From positions 24,986,001-25,050,000 of the forward strand of contig CM022677.1 of assembly GCA_012295275.1 (NCBI GenBank): a DNA stretch of 64,000 nucleotides, read 5' to 3'. The stretch comes from Chrysomallon squamiferum. Taxonomy: Eukaryota; Animalia; Mollusca. Positions within the stretch are counted from its first letter, which is position 1. Each line of letters starts with the position of its first letter. Below are positions 1-43,034 of the stretch, one piece after another. Position numbers and translations under genes: made by a program. Below the pieces are notes generated by a model. It saw nothing but the letters and a program-made list of their open reading frames with translations. It was not told the origin of the DNA and ran no database searches.

Positions 1-257
1 TTTGTTTCTGTAAACCAGGAAACAAGTACATACATACATACATACATATATATATGTAGTGTTTGTGTGTGTGTGTAAGATAATATTTTTAAAATTACCA
101 TATCAAATATTGAAAAATTGTTGTGAATTTAAATAATGTAAAAAAAAATTATATATATATAATTATTGTAAATAGCTATCATTAATTACAGAGCAGTTAT
201 CAATTTTTATTTAACTATATAACTGCATTAATAATAATGTTTGAAGAAGTGTTATTA

Positions 258-303
<46 letters not shown>

Positions 304-520
304 TGTGCATGTGTATCTGTTATGTTTGTCTGTGGAAGAAGAGAAATGAGAAACATTTATTTTTCCTGTGGGTAATTTTATTTATTTTTCTTTGATCCGA
401 GCAATACAACTGATGCAATATAAAAGAAATTTAATTACATAAATCTTACTGTTTGATGATTGTGAATGCATTTACTGCAACAATGTGACTTTATTTATTA
501 ATATTTCCTTTCTTTATTAT

Positions 521-559
<39 letters not shown>

Positions 560-3500
560 CAGATTCATATTTTTTTATTTCATAAACTTTTGTATACACT
601 ATCCTTTTCCATTATTTATATATATATATAAATATATAAAATTATCTCTTTTACAGGTTTTTTTTTTTTTTTTTTTTTGTAATAATTCTGTAATATTTGG
701 CAAACACAGGTATTAATTATATTTACAGTTTTAAAATCTTTTTCATTTTTACTGCTCAATGTTTTTGGATGTAATTATTGTTGGAAACATTTTAAGTCTG
801 ATGAATTTGATATATATAAATACAAAACAACAGACGTCAAACAAATCAAAATAAAATATGATGTTATTTAAAATCAGTCTTTCTTGTTTGTTGCCATTTT
901 ATGGCATAAACTGTTCCATGACAAATATATTTCTGCATGTTTTACTTAATAAAACCAGCTTTAACGGTTAATATAAATGGTGCTTATGAATGAAAAGTGT
1001 GCACATGCATACGTACACACACTCACACATTGTCTTACAAACATGCACTTTCTTATATTATACATAACATAGCCACAAACATAGATTCACATCACTTGCA
1101 TACCTATGTGTTGATATTTTAAACCAGTTGTGATTTTTTTATTTAAAGATGTTGTTTTTTTTATATTTTTAATACAAACTTGGGTTTGATCACTGTGCGG
1201 TTTTTATTTTTATTAATTAAAAAAAATAAAGAAAAATTGTTTGTTTGTTTTTAATTTAGTTAAAAATATTTATATTACTTGATTATCCTGGGTTTTTTTC
1301 TTTTTGGAAAAAATATGTATTTTCCATCCATCCAGTCTTATATCTTCCTACTTACCTACATGCTTCCCTACCTGTTCATCATCTATCAATCAATATATTT
1401 TCGTTCATTCAACCATCTCTATATCTGTTAATCTACCTGTCTATAACTTTCTTTCTATCATTCCATTACTATATTCATACATTTATCCAGCTCCTCATTC
1501 GTATATCCTTCAGTCCATCCACTTTGTATTCTCCACCATCACATCAGTTGGTTCAGGTATATGTCCGTTGTTTTGTCCATCTGTACATTATTGTTCTATC
1601 TTCATATCAGTTTTCAATTTCATTTATTATCACGTGTAAAGACTAGCAGAAAAAAAACGCAGCTTGCAAGTGAAGAACATATTCTGTTGAAGGATTTAAA
1701 GGATTTTAATAAGGATCAAATAAATATTACTTTAGAAGTGTACTATTTTTTTATATTTTTATTATTATTATTATTTTTTTATCTTTTAAATACAGTTTTA
1801 TATTTATTTTTCATTGTTTTATACTTCTTAAAAAAAGATTTGGCCCGTGTCCTAAAGTCCGGAGTACTTCCGGTCCAAAGCGTGCCCTATAACTGGACCG
1901 GTACGTGAAAATTGTTCTCGACGGGAGTTTTTATTTATTTATTTATTTGCAGAGGATAATTTAATAAGACAATGTAAAAATCAGAAAATGCTGACAGTCC
2001 AGTTTGTACTGATTGCACAAATAATTTACTGTATTTGTTCTGACAAGAAGAGCGAAGTTCATTTCAAAACGTTACGAGGCTGTTCATTAAAATGATATTT
2101 TATTATAATATCGCAATTTTTGTTGACAATTTCATATGCCGCGACAGAATTAATATTTTATTTTAACAGGTCAAGCCTAGTTTATGTTGATAAATGCAGA
2201 AAGTGTAACAGCTTTATTCTCTAATAACGGAACATTAATAACTGACAATTTGATGAGGCGAAAAATATTTCGTTAGTAGCTCTTACTGAAAATTTTATAC
2301 AGCGCAACAATATTAAAATATTTATTTATTTATTTATTTTTTAGAATTATTACATTTATACAGGTCAAAGGTTCCGTTCCATCAAAAAATCCCATCCTTG
2401 TTCTGGTTAACGTTCTTTCAAATTACTAGATAACCGAATGAATTTGTCGCTTCTTGTTCCACGAATACAGCTGACGTCACTTTCAAACATAGGCAAGCCG
2501 TTCCTGTTTGTATTTTCACATATAATCTGCTGTATTTTAATCAAACCATTGTTTCAATGAATAAAGGAGATACTTTTCGATGTGTAAAACGCTTACACTG
2601 TCCATTAAAGACAGGCTGAATTTTGTAAACAGCAACACCAACAAATAACAAAACAAAATAAAACAAACAAACAAAACCTTAATAACCGTATTTTGTGGTT
2701 TTCCGTGACATCGGATTAATTTTAATCGTCCGGTACTACGGCTTCAGATGCTTAACAGTAAAATATATTCAGCAACAATAAAGGAAATTAAAAATTCATC
2801 CAGTTAATTAGTAACAGAATATTTTAACTATAATGTAGTCTATATATAGGCAATTTCACCGTGACTGACGTAACAATCAGAGGGGGGACATAAGTCGTCG
2901 CAACTGCCCTGATGGCTGAATACTCAGTATTTTCATAGGTTTGGTGTCAAAAATGAACCCACGATATCTATGGGTTGATAGATAATAAAAAATAAAATTA
3001 TAAGTAAATTATTATTACATACATTACGTAATGTGTTACGGACATTACCATGACGGATGTTACATCATGGTAATTATTATGCGAGAATGAGGCCATGACG
3101 TCAGATCAATTTCGTCAGTGGCTGTCTTTGCGCTTATACTAAGTGGCCTAAGTTTTAGAAAGGGAACACTTTCGTAACGTACTTCATTCAAACTTTCCCG
3201 AAAATCGTCCTGTAGTTTTTGTTTTCATCCGAGTAGAATTTCCTAGAGAAAAACAGAGCGGAAAAGAGGTATTTCAAAAACCAGACGATCTGGTTTCGAA
3301 AATGATTACTTTTTCTTGAATCATTTTGCTAGTACTTTAGTTAAGGTATTTTTCTTATGAAAGTTTATGTCAGTTGCCTTTTTAAAAAGAAATTATAGCA
3401 GGAACTGTTCACGAATGTTGTTCGTCCATTTTCAGATTTTCCAGAATAAAATCCATTTCAGTTTCTTAATAATACCATTAAAATCTGTCGATGTCGAAGT

Positions 3501-6066
3501 GATTTCTACCTTCTGTAAAAAGAATCACGTGATTTGGCGGTAAAGATCGTAAACTATTATCGCTTTATGTTAGGTCACCTCATCAAAATACCCCGACCCC
3601 CTTTTGACTGGATGTTTATTTTACTTCCACTTGAAGCCATTGCTGTGTGTATGTGTTTGCAAACGAGCAATCCTGCGTTTTCCTACATTTTGACATATTT
3701 TTGGGGAACGTTACCTCAAGCTATTTTTCAGTTGTTTTCATTCTGTTACATTGTTTTCATTCTTAGTAAGCTACGATTACTTTAAATGCCAGAAAAAACT
3801 GCACACATTTCCCAATACATTGAAAAACAACAAGAAAAACAAAAAAAAAAAAAAAAAAAAAATCCACTGATTTTAGCAGCCTTTAACAATAATTGACCAG
3901 TCACAAACATCTTTGATACCATTATAAAATTGTATTTTTATTTTTTTTATTTTTTTTATTTTTTAAATCTTTCAAGTGATATGAATAAGAATAAAAACAG
4001 AATAACTTCAGTTTTTATCTGACAAAACTGGTTGTGCCCACTGACAGAAAGTTGATGTCAAAACATGAGGGAAAAAATATGAGACAAGAATTTTCATTTT
4101 TTCACTGCAAGTTAGGAGTTCAGGAATACATTTTGAGCCTTTGCACACTGAAATAATGAAACTTTTTATGTTTTTTTTATTCCTTTCCCAGCTGTTGCTT
4201 AAGTCACGGACATGATATATTTATTTATTTCCAGAAATATGATGACGTCATATAGGCGTAACCCAACTTTGTGCTGGCTGCATTGTTAAAAATTTTCATC
4301 CAATTTTTCTTAATTAATGAAATAACAAATTGTTTAAACATATAATTATTTATTTCCAAGAACAATGACAAATATTTGAAAGAACAGTGTCATGATTATT
4401 GTTTTTGACAACATTAACAAATTGTGTTACAATTATATCACTATTTTTCTTTTTTTAAACATATCTTTATGTATATGACAAAAATACAAACAATAAAAAT
4501 AACCTATCAATAAAAATGCAACTGTCATTTCTGACAAGGAATGTATATTTGAAAAATTTACTCAAAAAGTAAAACAAAAATAAATTGTCAGAGAAACCAT
4601 AATAGTGGTTTTAAAAAAAATAATTAATATATTTAACTAACATCATGATTTATTAAATTTATTCCATCACAGATGATTATATATCTGGGAGGGTGGAGGA
4701 AAAAAAAAAAAAAAAAAAAAAAAGCAATAAATTTTAACCAATCATCATCATTTCATAACATTAAAATAAAAAATTATTTTGAGAAACTTTCTAAATATTT
4801 ACATGATCAAATATTATGGAATTGTCCATTTATCATTTATAGGTTTAGTATGGTATGAATTTGTATTAGTATAATATTTCTTAAATACATTATGGTTATT
4901 GTTATTTATTACATCAAATGGCCAAAATAAATACTTTAAAATCTAACATCTCAGAAAAGACATTTTGAAAGGTTAAAATGTTTTTTAATTTTTAATTTTT
5001 TTTTATAACTTAGTGCCCAGATTTTCATGTCACTATCTCTAATATTACACTTTCAGATTTTGATTTTGGCTTATTTAAAAATAACTAGAGATATTAACTG
5101 GAAAATCTGGTCAATTAAAGGACAATATTCATGTCTTTAATCATTTTAAAAGTTTCTAAATGTTTTCTGCCAAGCTAAGACTTTTAAAGCACTTTTTTTT
5201 TTTTTTTTTTTTGGCTCAGTATAATAAATAATGTATTTTATCAATGTTGACAGAAAAATAATATTTCTGAACATAAATTTAAACTATCACAAACATGTGT
5301 AAATAATTATATATATAACTAATGTTCACTACATATGTCTATATAAAACAACAGTATAACAACCATCACAAAAGAATAATAACATTAATTAATATTGAAA
5401 AAAAATAACATTGAACACATTTTTGTAGTACCATACAAAAAAAGCATAATACTATTCACATTCATTTACTGTAACTAAATTCATTACAAAATATTGTTTT
5501 CCAAAAAGCTATTAAATTAAAATAAAATACGAAACAAATGACATATTCACTAAATTACTGAGATACTATAAACATTTTGTTATAAATATTATATTCACTA
5601 AACTGACAGGTCAGTAAATATAAATAATCTACATTTCCACAGATCTACAACAGTTTCTGTTATACAAAATAAATAATCTTTTTTTTTTTTATACCTCTTT
5701 ATACTTTCTATATTCGAATAAAAATGATTTTGATTTTACTGTAGAAAAATTATAATAATTAAAAAAATGTTAAATGTGAAAAGAAATGGATTTAAATAAA
5801 AAATGTCTAAATTAAATTTCAATAGAAGACAAAAAAAAAAAAAACAAGTAAAAAGTAATTTTATATGGACTTTAAAAGACTGATACATGAATAAATATTT
5901 AATTGAAAACAATTCTATGCAATTATTCATAACTTCCAAAATTAAATTTATTTTGATAATTTATGTTAACAAAAATCAACAACCAGACATTCCAGAAATC
6001 TAGAACTAAATTTATATTTAAATTAAATTTTTAGAATGAACACATTTGTTTAAGAAAGTGAAAACA

Positions 6067-6134
<68 letters not shown>

Positions 6135-7989
6135 AAATATAAAGTTCTAATTTTGTTGTTATTTATAATATATATAATATCAATAATCACAAAATATTAA
6201 GGAATTGTAGATTATAAAATAAAATAGAATAAGAACCTTTGAACACCAGGAAAAAAAAAAAAAAAAAAAAAATATATAAATAAATATATAAATAAATAAA
6301 TAAAAAGATAAATATTTTCACTGTTTTGTATCTTACAAGTAAATTCACCATCACCATTGGAATGTGAAACAAACAAAAACAAACAAAAACAAACAAATAA
6401 ACAAATAATCAATATTGTGACTGACTTGTTTAAGAAGTTTACCATCACCATAAAAATATTAGATTTTTTAACTTACGTAAAAAACCCAATACAAAAAATA
6501 AATAAAATTTTAATTAAAAAAAGTAAAATTAGTATATAAAAAAAAAAAAATAAAAAAATATAAAAAATAAAAATATTAAAATAATAAAAAATTAAAGAAA
6601 AAGATTAAATTAATAAAAAGTATAAAAAAAAAACACTTACTAATAAAATAAATAAGAAACAATCAACACAAATCTGTGACTAATTAATTTAAGTCTGAAA
6701 CGTGATTTTGAATTTCTGTGGAATAGACAGCGATTTAAATAATCCATGAGATTCTTGGTAACAGTATCAACACACACATTGTAAACTTTTAAAACAAACA
6801 TTTCATAAAACATCACATCCCAGTCTTTCTTTACTTAGAATTAAGTTAATTAAGTTTATTACCATTTTGAAACTTGTTCTTACCATTTTGTATTTCATTA
6901 CTTAGAACAAAATTTATTAATGTATTATCATCTTAAGACATTTATACACAAATTACATTTCAACATTACATTACATTGGAACAAATTTGTTTTTATTAAA
7001 ATGTTATCATTTTAAAACATTTACAAACTTCAGCATCAACATAAAAATGTCTTTGCCCTTAATGATCTGTAAAACAGAACCTTTGTAACTAAAACACTAG
7101 TTAATATCATAGGTAAATTCTAAGTCTTGTAACCTACACAGAAATTCTCTATTAATCTCTTCGTACTAAGGGTTTCTATTTACAGTTAATACTAAGTATT
7201 CTAAATGCATTGCAAAAAATAATTTTTAAGTAAACTATATAAAAAAAAAACTTTCAGTATAGACACATATCTTCTTCCTTTTTTTTTTTTTTTTTTTATT
7301 AAATGATCAATTTTTGTTCCACCATTTTAAAGCATCTAATCATATAAATGGATAATAGAAATAAATAAATAAAAAAAAAAAAGAATTATAAAAAGAATAA
7401 CAAAAATTGAAAGAAAAGAAGAAAACAGAATATTATTATACACATTTTGTTACTGAACACAGTAAATCTTATACATTTGTGGTTTTACATATATTTATAT
7501 ATATATATGACAAAAATCATGGAACTCTCCTGCTTATATTTCTATAGCACCACATACTAGTAAAATACTAAATAAATAAACAAAACTACTGTAACAAAGT
7601 GAACACATTGAGGGAGACCTTGTATATAAATTTTGTGCTTGATCTGCTGTGTGTAAAGCCCTAATAAACAAAATTATTTTTTTACCATCAAGCATACAAC
7701 TGATGAAAAACTAGATAAATGTTGAACGAAAATGTCATATTATATATTTTGTTGTTATTTTTTGTTTATTCATTTATGTTTGTTTATTTATTTTAATTAA
7801 TTAAATTATTTATTATTATGCTGTCATCTTCATTATTAATATTATTACCATCATTATAATTATCAAAATCATTATTATCATCATTATTATTATGATCAGT
7901 ATTGTCTTTATTGTTGTCATTACTATCATACTAGTTTATTATTATTAATATTGTTATTAATATTATTGATATTAATGTTATTGATATTG

Positions 7990-8021
<32 letters not shown>

Positions 8022-8293
8022 TTTCTTATCTCAGTAATTATTCCCCATTCTTATTATAAATAAACCTAGAGATTACGTTTTTTTAAAAATACTTCAATAT
8101 TATTATTCCTCCTAAAAACAGAAAAAAAAAAAAAAAAAAAAAAATCAAAAATAAATTCATCAAAATTACGTTTTAGCCAATCAGAAATCACCATGTCATG
8201 ATTCTTGCAACCAACAGTGACACTAAGTAATTATTTCTATTTTTATCCAATCAGAGATGTCGAGATCTTTAAAATATTCCAGCCAATGAAATC

Positions 8294-38051
<29,758 letters not shown>

Positions 38052-39070
38052 GAGTTCTTCAGGCTGATTAAAAATTCAAGAATTAATTTTTATATTTATT
38101 TATAATCGTCTACATGTTCTATCGCGAAATCGAGCAGACTACTTTTTTCTCTTCTTCCTCTCGTATGGGTGTGAATATTCGAGATAACAGTTATTATCTC
38201 CCTTGTGTTGAATTTTTTTCTTTTTTTTAAATTTCTTTATTTTTTTTTTTTTTAAATCGACATATTTTAGAAAATTTTAAATATAATATCAAAACACTTA
38301 AAACGCGTTTTATTTTTCAAATTCTACATAAAGATGATTAATCGATAAAATAAAAATAAGTTAAAAATAAAAACATAAACCGCGTATTTTAGGCGAATTT
38401 TAATTCTTTTCGTTTATATTATTTATTTCAAAGCTTAAGCTTTACTTTAGTTAAGCCAATTAAAACATAGCTGAAATCGCCATTGATATCGAAACAAAAA
38501 CAAGAAATTATCTTTTTAAAAATTTAATTATTTAGTACATCAAAATCATGTAGTCATTTTCATAATTATTAAATACAGCAGTTTCTACAGCCACATAAAA
38601 TTTGAATTGTCTCAGCAGCTACCCTATCAGAAAAGTGACTCTATGTTATGAGCTAATAATCGCGATTTTATTTATTTATTATTTTACGAAAATTCTATAT
38701 ACCTATAAATCTAAATTAAAAAAAAAAAAGTGTTTTGTATTATTAGTTTCTGTGTATGTGTGTATGTGTATGTATAAATATGCACACGCACGCACACATA
38801 TATATTATGTATGCATGACCACAATTACACACGTGACTTTAGTTATATATGAGTATGTAAATGTGTCATGTGTGTCTGCGTGTGTGCGTGTGTCTGTATT
38901 TGAGAGAGAAAGTATATTTATATGTACGTTCACTTACGTTTTTATGTGTGTACATATGTATGAATTTACATGTTATTCCATATGCGGTTTCGACAATCGC
39001 ATAAAACTGCAATTTAAATCAATAGTTTCAATGAAAGACGTTGAATTAAGTTCCAAATATGAAATTTTTA

Positions 39071-39109
<39 letters not shown>

Positions 39110-39716
39110 CGTTATTAGACCAATAAAGATGGCGTATGAATGACAACAATAGCTGTTTACACTGCACCATAAATACCGTGCTAGGATTAATCTATATTGT
39201 TTTTACACTTGTGCCATGGATAACGTGCATGAACCAACAGTTTCTGTTTATGCAGAGAGACTCATTCATCACTTTTACTTTGGTAAGTTTAGATTATAGC
39301 TATTGATGTTTCAGTAAGTTTTAAATATTAACTATTATGCTTCAATACTCGGGTTATTTTATAATGTTTAAATTTCCGTGGTGTTCAGTACGAAAAACAG
39401 TAACAATAGTTATTGTTATAGCAGCAACGATGATGATGATGATGTGTGATATTGATGATGATGTTTTAAGTATAAGTTTAGCTAAAATTATAACAAAAAT
39501 TCAAACGAAGTGCTTTGTTTGACTGCTTCTTCTTTGAGGTGAGAAGTTAAATTTTCAAATGGAAACAGACAGAGTGTGTGGGTAGTGGTCTGAATTCGAC
39601 AGGTCATGCATATTACCCCACCCTCTCCTACCAGAAATAAAATATTAACGAAATTTAATTAATATAATTTTAGGATATTTGTAAATAACAAGCTAAAAAA
39701 AAAAAAAAAAAAAAAA

Positions 39717-39752
<36 letters not shown>

Positions 39753-40096
39753 TTTAAAATCTGATAAAGAATAAATATATATTTTCATTGATAATGTAAG
39801 TAATAATAACAAAAAGAACACATTATGCAAAATGATATAATATCATGAATTATGAATTCCTTAATCAGTGTGCAAAATGTTCTTAATGCGAATATTCAAC
39901 TAGATAATTTTATTCATGGCAGGAAGCGAAATCATTTTTGTTTAGCAATATCGTAAAGTTTTCTTGCAAAACAATTGAAATGTTTTTTTAAAAATAATAT
40001 AAAATATAAGAAAATAATTTCACTGAAAAGAAAAACAGGTTCAAGCAGTTTTGTAACAGTATCCTGTATTTTCGTTTGCTTCAGCTTTCTTTGGGA

Positions 40097-40163
<67 letters not shown>

Positions 40164-41167
40164 TGACAGAAAAGAAAGGGGGAGAAAAGAAGAAGAAGAA
40201 GAAATGAAAACAAAAAAATAACAACTTCCTCCCAAGAAATTGTTAACGGATAAATAAGGACATTATTTTGTGTCCACTGGAACAGTTCGCAGAATGCAAG
40301 CATACTTTGTTTTTTAAATTTAATGCACATTACAACCTTTATTTAAATTTTTAAATTTCTACAAATATTATAATTATTATTGGGTTAGCAATATCTGTTT
40401 ATTGGTACTGATTATAAGTCGATATTATAAGATTTTTACCCCCACACTCATGTCATCTATTTTTTATTTTTTATGTTTCTGTGTATACAATCGTGACTCG
40501 TATGTTTTCTTGTATTTCTAAAAATTACAACTCGGAAGAAAAAGGAAAATAGAAACAATAAAAGGAAATGCTGTGAATATCAATTTCCTGGGATAATGAA
40601 ATTCTGTGTAATGAAAACGACTCGTGATCTGTAAATCGGATTTAATTGTGCGAAATAGTCAGAACGAGGTCAACACAAATCATAAATTCCCGGTCTATGG
40701 GAGATAACTCTATTTTCCACTTAAAACAAAAAAAAAAATAGAAAGTAATGTTAAAATAGAAAAAAATACTAAGTACCACACACACACGTGTATAAACACA
40801 CAAACATACATATAATATTAATATAAAAATTAATATGTTATTCAAGTTATTGTGGTGATATATATATATATATATGAACATAATAACAACTTTTTATAAT
40901 GGAAATATTTTCCTTTAACTTTACTATCATACATTGAACTTGCAACGATTTTTTTAAGAAATTAAGAAAAACATTTACCCTGCACACACGCACACACACA
41001 CACACACTGACAGACACTATTAACCAATAGTATTAACTTAAGAAATCTCTATTGTGCAAACCCATTTCACTACTCTTTCTTTTTCCTTTATTTTCAGTAA
41101 TAAATACTTCTAAAATATTACTAAAACATTAGGTTTTGGGTACTGTTTAAACATCATAAACTTTATT

Positions 41168-41980
41168 TCAGTCGTCCTTAAATTCGTCATAAATACTGAC
41201 GTCCTTTTTAACTTGTGACACAATTTCTGTACTCTGCTCAGTTTCTTTACTAGCAAACATTTTATCGTCAAGTTCACTAGATTCCTCACTCCCACTGGAT
41301 CTGCCAGATAAAACTGTTGCTTTACTGGCAGCCATTTTGTTCCCTTGCTCTGTTGTGTGAAATGTGTCGTTTGAGATGTCTGACTGAGAATTTGTTTTGT
41401 CACCACACTGTATGCTGGAGGTCATGTCCTTCATCCACATTTCCCTTCTTTCTGATTCAACAGTGTCCTGCCTGGATTGGCTGTCTAAAACAAGCTGACC
41501 AATCAAATTTGTCGTCTCATTACGCTGACGAATCAGACGGTCTCTTGTTTCATTATGCTGACTAATCAGATCTGTTGTTTCACTGCGCTGACCAATCAGA
41601 TCTTTCGTGTCATCACCACGTCCAATCAGATCTTTTTTCTCATCATGCTGACCAATTAAATGCTCTGTATCATTGCTCTTGACTTTTTGATCTACTGAAT
41701 CTTGATACTGGCCTATATTGTCTGCTGACATTTCAGAGGCTGGTTTTTGATCTTGTGACTCTGTGAGCTGGTTTGTCTGTGACTGATGTTCTTCGTGAAT
41801 TGCCCGCCATCTTGAAGAGTCACTTTTAGGCAGCAAGAACTGTTCCTTACATTCAGGTGATGAAGAATTTTCTGTGAACCATGAGTCTTTAGAAACTGCC
41901 TGCAAAAATAATTTAAAATGCAATTACAGTGAATAATGAAAAAGAAAAAGAAACAAAAAGACTTATTTATCTTGATTTAG

Positions 41981-42031
<51 letters not shown>

Positions 42032-42647
42032 TCTGAGTGTAAAAGTACTACAGTTCAGTTGTGTACCTAGAGGTAAACTAAAAGATAAATAACAAGTAAA
42101 TCTCACTATAAACATAGATTCAGTGAAAATTATAATTAACACAATTAACACAAAAAGAACTGATGTTAATGTATGTCTGATTCTATATTTTATTAATTTT
42201 TTTCTCACCTGTTGCTTGTCACTGATTCCCTCAAAGAGAGCCTGTGCCAACTGTTCTTTCTTCTGCTTCAATTCTGCTTCCTTTTAAAACAAGTAGAAAA
42301 TCACTGATGCAGAGATAAACAAACAAACAAACACATACATAGACATACACACACACACACATATATATATATATGTACATATACAGATAGACAGAAGTAG
42401 GACCATCTTTAGAGACAAATACAGAGGTAGATAAGATAACTGAAAACAGATAAGCTACATTCTTTGCAAACTGTTATTAGGTTAAATAGATATATAATAC
42501 ACAGGCCACCTGCCCATAACAGCCACTATGAAGCATGCTTATTGAACTTCTTTCTTTATCTGTGCTCTGTAGAATGGCCACCTGTCAAATACAGCCAGTA
42601 GCCACAAATTTTCAAAAAAATGTAAGATTTTAATTACAAATATAGAT

Positions 42648-42692
<45 letters not shown>

Positions 42693-43001
42693 ATTTAGGC
42701 TCACAGACATATATAAGGTACATACACACTACATAGATAGGTGTGTTTAAGAAATGTGTTGATAACAACAACTAAAATACCTGTGGAATTGTTACTTTGT
42801 CGCTGTCTGCTTGCTGACAGATCAAACCTTCCTGTCCCCAGACCCTCCTAACTCCAGACATGTTTAGACCTGTCAGTCTACAAGACAAACACATAGAAAA
42901 TAACTAACTAGATCATGTCTATTTTGATGTGTTTAAAGCATCTCTGTAGCAGAATGAGTGATGTACACGTGTGTGTCTTTCTTTCATATGTTTTATATAT
43001 T

Positions 43002-43034
<33 letters not shown>

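Noticed and set aside
1304-1908. Plus-strand ORFs of 111 and 115 aa
   Set aside because: Low-complexity, AT-biased composition with no recognisable motifs or splice structure.
39125-39290. Possible plus-strand exon (AAGATGGCG motif and cag|...|gtaagt at about 39256-39283)
   Set aside because: The ATG is followed by a stop within 5 codons and I could not identify partner exons. It cannot be supported without RNA data.
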